Shown: positions 10,280-22,544, numbered from the whole stretch's first letter. The stretch: 63,631 bases of DNA, filler included, from Stramenopiles sp. TOSAG23-2 (GCA_900128395.1; 19 parts of 19 records of this genome joined end to end with filler, not necessarily neighbours in it), one strand, 5' to 3'. Notes: generated from the letters alone by a model not told the origin. Translations and numbers: made by a program.

Positions 10280-10798
10280 TTAATCAGATTCTTCAATAAA
10301 TCCTTTTTCACTCACGTAAATACCATCAAGGAATTTACGAATATCCTTCTTTCTTACTTTGGTAACACTGGAAATGTCAGAGCAAGTCAAACTAACAGCA
10401 TTCAAATCACTTCCTGAAACTTGGATTTCGTCTTTAACATCGGTGGATTTAACCATTGTAACACCTGGGCGTGCTTTAACTACTCGCACACGTTTTTCAC
10501 CTAAGAAATTACGGATTTCAAAAGAAGGGGAATCATCAGCACCAACAATAGTGCCATTGATAGGGAAATGCGCATATACAAATCTCATTTTGTATTTGAA
10601 ACCTTTGGTCAAACCTTTGATCATGTTCTCAATGTGTGCGGTAACGGTTCTAAGACAAGCAAGTTCTTTTCTGCTACCACCCCAAACATCAACACGGATT
10701 CTTTTATCGTTTAACTTAACCATGGACATTTGTCTTTTTTTAAAGTCTTTGGTTAATTCGCCACGTGGTCCTTTAACAGTTACAACACGTGCTTTAAC
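10280..10798 (-). CDS. RPL9: 60S ribosomal protein L9 (uL6), 5' partial
   Basis: VTVKGPRG, MRFVYAHFPIN, EIRNFLGEK, KDIRKFLDGIYVSEKG. Confidence 0.98.
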   Translation of the reverse strand, partial: VKARVVTVKGPRGELTKDFKKRQMSMVKLNDKRIRVDVWGGSRKELACLRTVTAHIENMIKGLTKGFKYKMRFVYAHFPINGTIVGADDSPSFEIRNFLGEKRVRVVKARPGVTMVKSTDVKDEIQVSGSDLNAVSLTCSDISSVTKVRKKDIRKFLDGIYVSEKGFIEESD

Positions 10799-11470
10799 AN
10801 NNNNNNNNNNNNNNNNNNNNNNNNNNNNNNNNNNNNNNNNNNNTTAATTAATTAANNNNNNNNNNNNNNNNNNNNNNNNNNNNNNNNNNNNNNNNNNNNG
10901 ACGTGCAGAACTTTCTCTCCCTCTCTCTCTCTTTAAAGATTATTATTGTATCGGCGAGTTCATTTGTTTGTGTCGTTTGGGTTGATAAGTGAAGATAGAT
11001 AGAGAGTGCACAAGGAAAGGCAAAAAGAATGAGAGAGATGAAACAAGGAAGATTGAAACTAAATGGTTTATTAATCCAAATATCAATAAATAAATAAATG
11101 AAATTCTATATCCACGGCGTCTGATAATATTTAATCAATTATCAACACGGTTCTCCCTGTCTACATATATCGATATATATATATTGCATGTGTTTAGGCT
11201 TTAAAATGTGTGTTAATCGGATCTCTTTAATCAGATTTGTTCATCTGATCGATCCTTTCGCGCATGCGTTAGTGTACTCAATCGATACCAAATTGACTCT
11301 CTATTTAGGAACCATACCATAATCATATGGAAAATGATATGTCATTAGTACGAACATATGATTATTCAATCCATGCATTTATAATACCATAGTCGTAAGG
11401 GTGTAGAAAATGCAGCAGTTTAACTCCAACACTTATTTATTATTTTTACAGTATACGGTACTGCTAATTA

Positions 11471-12334
11471 TTGCTAAAAAGAGCAATGGGTTGTCATGAT
11501 AAAAATGTATATTTATTTCGTGCCGATAATAATATAAGCCATATTAAAGGAGTATATGTTCGACAAAAAGTTTGCAAAGGACATTCATCCGGTGTGACCC
11601 ATGTAGATTTTAGTGCAAATGGGAAAATATTGATGTCCAATGATGCTGCACGGGAGATTTTATTTTGGAGAACGACAACGGGTAGACAAGAACGGGATCC
11701 ATTTAGTTTACGAGATGAAGATGCAAAAGCGAAACAAGATGCGGAAGATGCGAAAGTCAAACAAGATGCGGAAAATGCCAAGGTTCAACAGGAAGCAGAA
11801 GATGCCAAGGCTAAAAAAGAACAAGAGGAAAAAGAATTAGAGGAAGCAGCGAAAAAAATACAAGCAGCTGTGCGAGGGCGGAAAGCACGACAGACGTATA
11901 AAGAAACATATGGTGCTAATCCTCAAAAATTAGAAAATTTAAAGGAGACAGCAGATGATGCTGCAGATACAGATCCAATATTGTGTAAAGCAACTGCACA
12001 ATATGATTATGATGCAAATGGTGATGATGAATTGACATTTAAAGAAGGTGATGTAATAGATGTTACTGAAATGGATGATGATGATGGATGGTGGCATGGA
12101 AAATTAAATGGTAAATTTGGTGCTTTCCCATATAACTATGTATATTTAACGTTAGAAAAAGATGGAACGGAATATATGTTGACAACAGAAGAAAATGAAG
12201 TATATGGATTAGAGGATGGAGAGTTAAAAGGTACCTATGATCGGGAGACGAAGACGTTTGCAGGTGTTGACGAGGATGGTTTGATTGATGATGAGAAAAC
12301 GGAGGTGTGGGAGAGTGCGAAGCTTAAAACTTAA
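11471..12334 (+). CDS. EML-type WD40 fragment joined to coiled coil-IQ-SH3 C-terminus (possibly chimeric)
   Basis: AMGCHDKNVYLF...KGHSSGVTHVDFS...EILFW (EMAP-like). IQ motif AAKKIQAAVRGRKARQ. SH3 ATAQYDY...ELTFKEGD...GWWHG...GAFPYNYV. Confidence 0.75.
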   Translation: MLKRAMGCHDKNVYLFRADNNISHIKGVYVRQKVCKGHSSGVTHVDFSANGKILMSNDAAREILFWRTTTGRQERDPFSLRDEDAKAKQDAEDAKVKQDAENAKVQQEAEDAKAKKEQEEKELEEAAKKIQAAVRGRKARQTYKETYGANPQKLENLKETADDAADTDPILCKATAQYDYDANGDDELTFKEGDVIDVTEMDDDDGWWHGKLNGKFGAFPYNYVYLTLEKDGTEYMLTTEENEVYGLEDGELKGTYDRETKTFAGVDEDGLIDDEKTEVWESAKLKT

Positions 12335-12546
12335 AATAAACGTAAATAATTATTCTAACTAAATAACACTACTGTATACTATTAATTATATTTTATATTT
12401 ACCGAACTACGAACGGTTCGTAGAAAATCAGAAATCAGCAACAGAATACAGAATATTTTGTTAAAATCTCTTTTTCAACTGCTATAACCTTTCCCGTGTC
12501 TTTTACGATTTATCATTTATCATCATCATCATCAATTATTTTACTT

Positions 12547-13179
12547 TTATTTACATTTATCATCATTATACGGTGGACGTGTTTCAATAATTATTTTTTT
12601 CTTTTCTTCCACTATCATTTTTGATCCTGTTTCATCATCTTCTTTTTTATCAATAATAATAGTAGGTTTCATACTATATTGTTCTTTTGTTTCTTCACCA
12701 CGTGCTGTTAATTTTTCTACTTGTTCTACAATTTCATCATTTAAATTATTTACATTCATTTTTGCTTCTTTTGCCTCATCTAATGCTAACATTTTCATAC
12801 TTTGTTGCAATAAAGTATCTTTTTTACGTTTAGCAAATGGATCATAATTAGCTTTTGCTTCTTCTATTTCTTTTTGTTTTTTTTGCCATGCAATCCATTT
12901 TCGATTAGGTCCATTTGGTAATTTCTTTTTTCTCCTCCGTTGATCTCGAACAAAACGCATCCACCTTGCATATTCCAACGATTTATGCTTTTCTTCAATG
13001 ATTCGTATCATCGTTTCTTTATCATAATGTTGTAAGTTATCAACACTCTTTGTTTTATTAATAATATGTTCTAATAGTCTCGAATCTTCTAATTGTAATG
13101 TTCTTCTTGCCATTTCCTTACGACGTGCAACTTGTTTACTATAATATAAATCTGGTTCTACTAGATTTTTATGCCACAT
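12547..13179 (-). CDS. Hypothetical charged/coiled-coil protein
   Basis: 210-aa ORF with natural composition; no recognised motif. Confidence 0.6.
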   Translation of the reverse strand: MWHKNLVEPDLYYSKQVARRKEMARRTLQLEDSRLLEHIINKTKSVDNLQHYDKETMIRIIEEKHKSLEYARWMRFVRDQRRRKKKLPNGPNRKWIAWQKKQKEIEEAKANYDPFAKRKKDTLLQQSMKMLALDEAKEAKMNVNNLNDEIVEQVEKLTARGEETKEQYSMKPTIIIDKKEDDETGSKMIVEEKKKIIIETRPPYNDDKCK

Positions 13180-13626
13180 ATTTAAAAATATTTGTTGTTT
13201 TGTATTTAGCAGGGGAGAAGATGGTTTTAAAATGTGGAAAGGGAGGAAGGATATTATACTATTCGTACATTACCTCTGTTTAAGACTATGATGCACTTAG
13301 CTTTTGTGTATATTTATTAATAATTAGAAAACAAGAAGGTATTTGATGATTGATGATAGTAGTAAGAAGTTAAAGTAGTAAGAAGTTAAAGTAGTAAAGG
13401 ATCTCTAATGTAATGGTATGTAGCTGCTAAACACCCGATACAATAATAATCTTTAAAGAGAGAGAGAGGGAGAGAAAGTTCTGCACGTCTTGAAACACCA
13501 ACACAATCTCTAGACACTATACATGCATGCGACATATCGAAGCAATTACAAGTATATATTGGGCCATTTTTAACTCCATGTTTACACAGTTATTAGAAAA
13601 GTAAGTAACCGTCTTATACTCACACT

Positions 13627-13960
13627 CACTGTCCATAGTATTCACATGCTATGGACATACAAGATAGACATACCATTAGTAATATATTTGATAGAATGAA
13701 TGTAGTATTTATAGTGTCCATTGTATTCACATGCTGTGACCATTACAAGATGCACTGTCCATCTGTCCATAGTATTCACATGCTAATGGCCATACAAGAT
13801 AGACATACCATTAGCCATTAGTAATATATTTGATAGAATGTATTTATTTAGTGCACTGTCCATAGTATTCACATGCTATGGACATACAAGATAGACATAC
13901 CATATACCATTAACCATTATAGTAATATATTTGATAGATTGAATGAATGTAGTATTTAGT
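13627..13960. repeat. Tandem array of ~90-bp units, each beginning with a hairpin TGTCCATAGTAT-TCAC-ATGCTATGGACA
   Basis: Hairpin copies at about 13630, 13715 (degenerate), 13764 and 13857. The sequences between them are homologous to each other. Confidence 0.9.
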
Positions 13961-14525
13961 ATACTAACAAGTGGCCTTGTAAGATGGATGAAGGAAACTA
14001 AAACAACTTAAACACAAAAAAACCTCTCCTCAAAACATTTTGGTTGAAATAAGTACAGATTTAGTATTCTAAGTATATATATTTAAAATTTTTTTTCATA
14101 ATTCATAAATCCGCAATCGACCGTTAGCCAAAATGTAAAAGCCTCATGAAAATCACGCACGCACACACATTTTCATGCAGACAGAAATTTAGACATCGAA
14201 AGCTAAGAGAGAAACATCCATTTTCTGTGAACAAAATCTTCTTGTATAAAGAGATTTATTTAATTATATTGTTGTTGTCCGTCTTCTGGAGAAATTTCAT
14301 TATTTGGCAATATATATATATACATACGTATAAAAAAAAATTACTATATACAGGGAGAATACGTTTCATAAAATATTCATATAAAAATGGGATCTGGTGT
14401 ATCAGTAGCTGCAGAAATTGATGATNNNNNNNNNNNNNNNNNNNNNNNNNNNNNNNNNNNNNNNNNNNNTTAATTAATTAANNNNNNNNNNNNNNNNNNN
14501 NNNNNNNNNNNNNNNNNNNNNNNNN

Positions 14526-15010
14526 GTTTATAACTGGAATCACATTGCTTCCAATTTGTACAACTCGTACCAGTAAATTGATTTGCAGATTGAAATTGTC
14601 CTTGATCACATTGTACACATGTTGCATCAGATGACAAATTCCCATTTACACGTTTATAACTGGAATCACATTGCTTCCAATTTGTACAACTCGTACCAGT
14701 AAATTGGTTTGAAGATTGAAATTGTCCTTGATCGCATTGTACACATGTTGCATCAGATGTTGCATTGCCATTTATACGTCTGTATCCAGCATCACATTTT
14801 TGCCATGGTTTGCAGGTATTAGATGGTGCTGATACAACAACTGAAACGATATTCGTTGGATCTGTATTAAATTGATTCATAGAACAATTCAAATTGCATA
14901 ATACTCCCAATTTTGAATTAACATTGTTTACTGCATTGCATGTGCCAGTAAATGGTTCTTTCGTGCATAAATTATTTGAACATGTTTTCCATGTTGTTGT
15001 ATCATAGTTT
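14526..15010 (-). CDS. Cys-rich TNFR/GCC2-GCC3-like repeat surface protein, internal fragment
   Basis: 42-aa (126-bp) repeats CTNWKQCDSSYKRVNGNLSSDATCVQCDQGQFQS. Frame is open upstream to ~15027 without an ATG and runs into the contig edge. Confidence 0.8.
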
Positions 15011-15284
15011 ATACACTCTTTCTTCTCTCAGTATACACTCCTTTATGTTCTTTTCCGTGTTGTAGTATATATATATATAAATGCTTTAAATATTATTATG
15101 CTATCTTTTGATTGTTAAGACTCTGTCTTTAATCTTATATTTGATATCGTAGACAGGAATTAAATAACTATATATATTAGATATATAGCATTTTTTCAAT
15201 ACACCTATAAAACCTAAAATATAGCCCCATCGCATCCTTTATTTATACTGTACTACTAATTATATAAATAGCATCTACCTCCTT

Positions 15285-16997
15285 CTACCATTTATCGTTA
15301 CCACCATCATCATCAACTTCTGCATCTGGTGGTGTCATTTCCATCATCCCTGGTGTTGTATTTATCATGTTATTGGTTGAGATTGGTTGTAAATTATTCA
15401 CAATTGTCATGACTGGTGGCATACCATTATTATTATTATTGTTATTATTCATATTTATTGTTGTTGGTAATGCTTGTGCAATTGGATGTTGTGGCATTGT
15501 CATCATTGGTTGAGACGTTGCTTGTACAATTGGTTGAGTAGTATGAAAACCATCATTTTGCATAATTGGTGGTGGTTGTTGCATCATCATCATATTATTA
15601 TTCGTATTGTTGTTGTTGTGATATTGCATTGCAACACCTAAATTTGGATTCTTATCACGTTCATCATTACCATCATTTTTTTTTATCTTTTTGCAACATA
15701 AATAAAAACAAGATGCTAGGAAATAAATAAGCAATATCACAAATGTTAGCCAAAGAAAAACATATGTTGCTATCCAATACTCATTTGCTCTGATATAATA
15801 AAAACAAGATGCTAGGAAATAAATAAGCAATATCACAAATGTTAGCCAAAGAAAAACATATGTTGCTATCCAATACTCATTTGCTCTGATATGCATGCAT
15901 CTTTCTCGTACGCCAGAGATTTTAAAGCCATCATCATCCACATTTGATGCAATTTCCATACATTTTTGTCGCAATAGATCGTAATCAGAAATGGATTGGC
16001 ATGGCATGTTTTCATACATTTGATATTCATATAACAAGTCTCCATTTGGCCGTAATTTTGTTGGGAGTTGGGCAATCTGAATCGTTGAACTAATTGGAAC
16101 ATTTTGTCGTAGCTTACTATCATATATATACGTTGATTTATGATAACGCAATGTTGGATATCGTTCCACTTGTTTCGTTCCAATATTATTCATAAATGTA
16201 TATAATGATAATACATTAAAAACAAATGTTAAAAACAATAACATAGATACATATTTGAATTTTCTTTTTGTTTTGATGGAAACCTTTGCAGTGCCACAGC
16301 AACAACATGTCCCTTCACGAGTTTCACAGCAACCAAAGCAAGATATTACTAAATATACCATGCCAACAAAACAAAATATAAAAATAGATGATATTGCAGA
16401 TTCATTCAAAGAACATTTTTGCATCGGAAACTGGCAATATTTCATCTTACCCACCGTACTCACACTATCTTGCGGTTCAAATATAAAATCTTTTTCACAT
16501 TTTCGTTCAGGCGTTCCAATTTCTTGTCGTTCAGCATCGGTAAGGTTGTACTGGACTTCTGGATTGCAAAAACCACAATAATTACCTCCCACCCTTGTCC
16601 GTCTCAATTTGCAATTTCCGCATTTGTAATCAGGTTCAATAATTTGTCCAGCAGCTGTAAATTGATTAACACTTGCTGGTATTGCAAAACTAAAAATTAA
16701 TAGTACAAAGATGACATAAAATGGAATTATGTACGGAGATAGGAGATTAACTGGGCAAGCATTTGAGCAAGATTTGCAAGAATCTGTTTGACAACAACAT
16801 TCCATATAACAACATTCCCCTTCCTTGATTTCTCTTTTTCTTCTGCTTGCAGTTCCAGCTGCGTTTCGAACGCCATTATTGCAATTTTGTTGTTGTATTG
16901 TTTGTTGTATTATTCGATTATTTAAATATTGTTGTTGTTGTGATTGTTCTTGTGGTTGCCGTAATTGGCCTCTTACCCTTTTAACATTATTTAACAT
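15285..16997 (-). CDS. Hypothetical multi-pass membrane protein with Cys-rich loops and a Q/N/M/P-rich tail
   Basis: 570-aa ORF with several hydrophobic helices flanked by Cys clusters. Contains an exact 96-bp in-frame duplication (15701-15796 / 15797-15892). Confidence 0.8.
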   Translation of the reverse strand: MLNNVKRVRGQLRQPQEQSQQQQYLNNRIIQQTIQQQNCNNGVRNAAGTASRRKREIKEGECCYMECCCQTDSCKSCSNACPVNLLSPYIIPFYVIFVLLIFSFAIPASVNQFTAAGQIIEPDYKCGNCKLRRTRVGGNYCGFCNPEVQYNLTDAERQEIGTPERKCEKDFIFEPQDSVSTVGKMKYCQFPMQKCSLNESAISSIFIFCFVGMVYLVISCFGCCETREGTCCCCGTAKVSIKTKRKFKYVSMLLFLTFVFNVLSLYTFMNNIGTKQVERYPTLRYHKSTYIYDSKLRQNVPISSTIQIAQLPTKLRPNGDLLYEYQMYENMPCQSISDYDLLRQKCMEIASNVDDDGFKISGVRERCMHIRANEYWIATYVFLWLTFVILLIYFLASCFYYIRANEYWIATYVFLWLTFVILLIYFLASCFYLCCKKIKKNDGNDERDKNPNLGVAMQYHNNNNTNNNMMMMQQPPPIMQNDGFHTTQPIVQATSQPMMTMPQHPIAQALPTTINMNNNNNNNNGMPPVMTIVNNLQPISTNNMINTTPGMMEMTPPDAEVDDDGGNDKW

Positions 16998-17861
16998 AAT
17001 ATATTATTAATTGTGATAATATTAATGGTGTTATTAATTGTGATAAAATTAATGGTGATATTAAATGTGATGATTTATGATTAAAATTATGGTGATATTA
17101 ATTGTGATGATTTATGATTAAAATTATTAATAATAAAATCCTTACTTTTAATATTATTAATAATATGGGTGGCAGAACTTGCTTTATCTCCATATATGTA
17201 CCGCTCGGTACAAAGTTAGATGACAAAGTAACATCATTTGGCATATATATCTCGATGACTAATATATCTCGATGAGTATAATATTACTTTAACTTATTCA
17301 AATGAATTTTTATTAATAAAAAATGCCACAACAACAAAATTTGTAAATCAGTGATATATTTCCGAACTATATACCTTTTTTATATATCCATATAATATAT
17401 TAATATCATTTTGTATATAAATAAAATACAATAAATATTATCAGTATTAATCCATCTTATCATATTTTCCTATGGATATTAATATTGATACTATGTAGTA
17501 ACTAATAAATATATTAAAATACCAAAATGACAAAACTAGAAAATGAATAAATGAATTTTTGATATAGAGAAAAAACACTTCAATATATATATATAATAAT
17601 AGAATATACATATATATAATTTCATTTTAATCTTATTGAAAACACTTTTTATATTCACTTTACGAATCACAGTGTTTTCCTCATTTAATACATTTTGCAC
17701 GTGCGTGTATCTCTCTGGTTTTTGTATCAGTTGTTTTAATTTATTTTATATTTTTTTTTTTCAAAATTAAAATCATCAAAAACAACCAAATTTTCAATTT
17801 TTTTTTTTAAACACACAAGTTAAAGTAAAAATATTTATTAACTACATATATATTAACACCA

Positions 17862-18048
17862 ATGACATCAGTCACCACCACCACTTCTATGGAAATAGAA
17901 AATGATACTATCGTTGAAATGATGAAATTATTAAAAGAATCAACATGGAATATTAAGGAAGTTTTAGAATTATTCACCACTTCATCCGATACGTCAAACC
18001 TCTTTACATCGTTAGAAACAGCATATAAACATGATTTTGATGAAACAA
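17862..18048 (+). CDS. N-terminus of an unknown protein, 3' partial
   Basis: ATG after an AT-rich leader; frame is open to the contig end. Confidence 0.55.
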
Positions 18049-18452
18049 NNNNNNNNNNNNNNNNNNNNNNNNNNNNNNNNNNNNNNNNNNNNTTAATTAA
18101 TTAANNNNNNNNNNNNNNNNNNNNNNNNNNNNNNNNNNNNNNNNNNNNAACATCCAAAGCAACAAAAAATAATAATGAATTTTCTGAATTGTACACGTAA
18201 ATTGCATATATATATATATATATAATATATTCGTAGGAATATATAACCATGCCAAAAAAAACAACATAAACACATTGACAATATCGTAAGAAAAACATTT
18301 GAAAGTTTGGTATGGAATAAGTATGGACTTCCCTGTAAAATTAAATGCACACGTGTAATTATAATATTTAAAATATATGTGTATGATATTAATAAATATA
18401 ATTTTTATTTACAACCACTTCACACACGCTCTAAAAAGAAGATATCTCTCTT

Positions 18453-18896
18453 TTACTTCAAGTATGGGAGTAATCGACCACATATATGTCCAAATCCAAG
18501 TGCAATAAATGCTGTCGTTGGTAATCCAAATGATTTTGCACGAGTTGTATTTGAAATTAAAAACAATGTAATTGCTAATAATGTTGACATAATAATTGCA
18601 GGTGCCAATGGTGCTTTACTTCCTTTCCTAAATACGATGAAGAAGATCCCTCCGACGTAAATTGAAGAGTTCAGTACTGCTAATTCATAATCTTTTCGAA
18701 CGCAAAATAAATAAAGGCTTAACCATTCACTTGCTATAGCAATTGGAAAGAAAAACATTGGCATAAATGCAGTCTTACCTTGAAACATTCCATTACTACC
18801 TTTTTGAAATTTAACAAGTTTCATAATACTTGAGAGTAGATACAAAATACCTTGTACGTAACCTAATATTGTTACCATGTTTGAATATTCACTCAT
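18453..18896 (-). CDS. Small multi-pass membrane protein of unknown function
   Basis: 147-aa ATG-started ORF with about 4-5 hydrophobic segments. Confidence 0.7.
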   Translation of the reverse strand: MSEYSNMVTILGYVQGILYLLSSIMKLVKFQKGSNGMFQGKTAFMPMFFFPIAIASEWLSLYLFCVRKDYELAVLNSSIYVGGIFFIVFRKGSKAPLAPAIIMSTLLAITLFLISNTTRAKSFGLPTTAFIALGFGHICGRLLPYLK

Positions 18897-19258
18897 GTTT
18901 GTCCAATTTCTTAATTTTGATATACATACATATATATATATATTATGTTTGTTAATAATAGAAATGATTTCACTCTCGTTGTCTATTATTACCTATACTA
19001 TTATTACCAGGTATTATATTCCGGTATAGGTGGTATTTCGAAGCGCTTTTATAATAAATACAATAGAGAATGAATAAACATACAAAATATCAAATATATA
19101 TATATACATATTAATGCCATTTTATAATCGTTTCTCCTTCCTTTTTCAAACTTAAATTGAAGAGATAACACTTGCTATATATTTTGCCATATTATACCGT
19201 TGTTCTCTTTGCGTCATCTATCTATATATATATATATATTATATATATATATAATACA

Positions 19259-21193
19259 ATGGCTTCAATATCGGTTAATGAAAGCAATAATAATAATAAT
19301 CCTGAAGTGCGACAACGAATTAAGGATGCTGGGATGAAAGGGGAAATGTATCGATATGGAGAAACAGTTAGTATTAAAAATTTGACAAGTGAAAGCGGTA
19401 AAAAATACAACGGTGCTAAAGGTGTTATTGAAAGGTTCGATGCAGACATCGAAAGATTCGTCGTATTTGTTGCTACTAAAAAAAGAGGAGAGCCTGTACG
19501 TCAACGCATGAAATTGCGCGTTGATTGTATTGAAAATTATAATCAAGTATCATGTCTTGAAATTCCTCCGTCGCCCCTTTTTATGGTAGAGAATGAAATA
19601 CAAACTAGTCATCCTGTACTTGAAATATACAAAAAGACAATAAATATGTTAATAAATACGATCATGTCCCAGCATGCTAACTGAGGCAAATGAAAGTAAC
19701 ATCTGATCTTCTTGGGGGGATTAAAAGATCACAATTAGAAGATGAAGATGGTTTGATTGATGATATTAGGAAAATTGTTCTTTTTCATCTGTTTATAATT
19801 ACAAACATTATCATGATGATATATGATTACCAAGTTCCGGAGAAGAGCCAATACATTCAACTACTGCAGCTCTTCAGCTCGCAACTTGTAAGATATTCAA
19901 GTAAATCCAATAGTTACAATAAGTCAAGAGAGGCAATGGGTTATTTTGGAATGTCAAGCTTTTTACGCGGGGCCCATGATGAAGCGCTTCAATATTTAAC
20001 AGCTGCTATTACACTGTAACAGCAATACCATAGTAATGGTTGGCTTTGGTTATACAACTTATAACCCAGAGAAAGCGGCTTTTGATGGATTTCATGGTTT
20101 TTCCGACGCGTGGATTTGTGAAGTAGAATCAAGTTATGACGGGGTTGATGATGAGAACACACAGGTTAAGGACCATTATATGCCACAAGACACTACATGT
20201 GCAGTTTCATCTGAAACAAATACAAGTAATAGAATGCCTGAAAGAAACGCACAAGATGAATCACCGCAAGGGCAAGAAAAAAAAGCAGCAATACAACGAT
20301 TATACAAACGCATGGGTATGGAAACTAACAATGGTCCAAAGCTTCTTGAATACAATATACATAATGTTGAAGAAGAATACCACTTGGCTCTGGTTGGGGA
20401 AGATTTGAAGCATAGAAAAAGTTTGTCTCTGGTTGCTCCCCCAGAGCGCGGAAGAGGTGCATTTGTGTTGCCTTTGTTGCCGCCTGATAGTCTTGAGAAT
20501 TATTCTGTAGGCGAAATAGACAGAATGAAAATAGGCGGTATGTATCGTTTGTCTGATGATGACTTCTTTAGTCAGCAGAGAGTAAGCAAATGTTGGCTTG
20601 ACGAGGAGGCAGTTTTCGCAAAGTTTCCTACCTGGGAATCTAAAGACCCTAACGACTTTCGTATGTACATGCAATCGTATAATCATAACAGGGCTGTCTT
20701 TGTAATATACGAATTCGGACAAGGAGCGAACGAAACTTTACATAGTAATAAAAATGTTTACATGAGTGGAGCTTACTATGGTAGGTGGTCGCCACAATTT
20801 CAAGGCATTCAAATGTTTGTCAAAGAAAACCCAGATACAGGGGAATTTCTTGGTATTTCAGGAAAAACAAAGGAAGAGGAAATTTGGAAAACAAAATTAA
20901 AGGCAGCTGGGATAGAAGGCTTCGATGGTGTAGATGGAATAGATAAAATGAATATGTTGAATGAGGAATTACGAGGAAAACTATGTTCTAATACCAGTTG
21001 TCCAAACCAACAAAAATTTCTTAAAATTTTTATGAATGCTAGATTGTCTGATAAAGGTATTCGTAACATAGGTAATACGAAGCTGCCTATAATGAAACGT
21101 TGCGCTAGATGCCATTTAGTACAATATTGTTGTGCAAAATGTCAAAAAGTACATTGGAAGGCAAAACATAAAAAGGAGTGTAAACCTCGTTGA
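19259..21193 (+). pseudogene. MYND zinc-finger gene split into three ORFs (pseudogene, assembly error or unresolved introns)
   Basis: ORFs 19259-19684 (SH3-like GETVSIKNLTS..YNGAKGVI), 19690-20019 (TPR-like helix GAHDEALQYL) and 20036-21193 ending in MYND CARC...YCCAKCQKVHWKAKHKKEC. Frames run 2/1/2. Confidence 0.55.
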
Positions 21194-22544
21194 AGGAAAA
21201 TCATCCCCGCATATTATATCAAGAAATATAATTGCACGCGTGTCGTATTTTTTGAACAAAGGGATTTATTCGTATCATATTAATATTAAAGAAATTGTTG
21301 TTTGTGTTTAAAAAGTAAAATATTATATAGAGCGCAAGATATTAAATATTTTTTTCTCACCACTGGGTTTCTCTGGACACCAGAGGCATTTCCAGGTCCA
21401 AATCTACGTTGTTAATAATTAATACGAGTAGCAGAGAGAATGTTTTCACACGCATTAAATCTTTTTATAATACATAAAATATGTACACGCAATATTTCAG
21501 TAAAAAATTTACGAAATCACACACACAATGCAAACACACCCCACCAATATTCTCACATATTTGTAAAACTTCAATTCACATTTTCCTATACTACTACCAC
21601 GTATTCTTTTCCAGGAAAAACAATGTCCGTTCCTCCCGTTTCATGACTCTTAAAATTTTATTTAAACATNNNNNNNNNNNNNNNNNNNNNNNNNNNNNNN
21701 NNNNNNNNNNNNNTTAATTAATTAANNNNNNNNNNNNNNNNNNNNNNNNNNNNNNNNNNNNNNNNNNNNCACTTTGAGCTGGTTCTTTTTATGGAACATT
21801 TGGTTTGGTGTATAGTCATATCTTTGATATAAGATGCTTTTACTCTACCACCAGACATGTTTATATATTTATAATATCACCATAATAAGTATATAGTATG
21901 TAATATGTGATTTGAACATCTATTTTTACTTTTGAATATATAACTACATATATAAATACATACAGAGTATGTGTACATGTATATTGTATCTATATCTATA
22001 TACGAGTCGTTTATCATCATCCTAAATCCTAAATCAATATTATCATCGATCGGATTGATATAAAATACCTTAATATAATACGCGAAATGCGGATCACGGA
22101 TCGCAGTTCGCGGATCGATGGATATAATCATATAGGTATAATTCATACTAAGTAGTATACAAGGGAAAATAAAAAAAAAGACCCCCCCCCCCCAAAAAAA
22201 AAGACCACCTGACATGGGAGGGTCATCGTTAAATGAAATAGCAATATGATGTGTGTATCCTATAACAAAATTCTTCCGTACCTATAGAAGAAAAGTTGAC
22301 TGAGGATTAGCATATAATTAACATTAAGTTCTATTTATATCCTAAATAGGTCAATAAATCACACAAATAAAAATGAATGAAGAAATACACAAATATAAAT
22401 ATATATTATGTGAGAGTGTTGTGTGTTGACAGAAACATATACTGATGTGTTGTAGTAAATATTGAAAAAAAATATATAACATATTGTATCCATCGATTAC
22501 ATATAATACAGGAATTAATACAAATATATATACACATATATAAT

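Larger units (their letters stand above)
10900..13489. repeat. Perfect 55-bp inverted repeat pair (10900-10954 / 13435-13489)
   Basis: GACGTGCAGAACTTTCTCTCC(CT)nTTAAAGATTATTATTGTATCGG and its exact reverse complement. The left copy is the contig start. Confidence 0.95.

Noticed and set aside
13627-13960. CRISPR array (28-bp palindromic repeat with spacers)
   Set aside because: The spacers are homologous to each other and variable in length, no cas genes are present, and the context is eukaryotic.
17003-17135. ATTAATTGTGAT/ATGGTGAT short tandem repeats as a regulatory array
   Set aside because: Degenerate AT-rich minisatellite seen only once, with no structure.
19682-19684. Selenocysteine or stop readthrough in the MYND gene
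   Set aside because: A second TGA follows two codons later and the next ORF is in another frame; no SECIS recognised.
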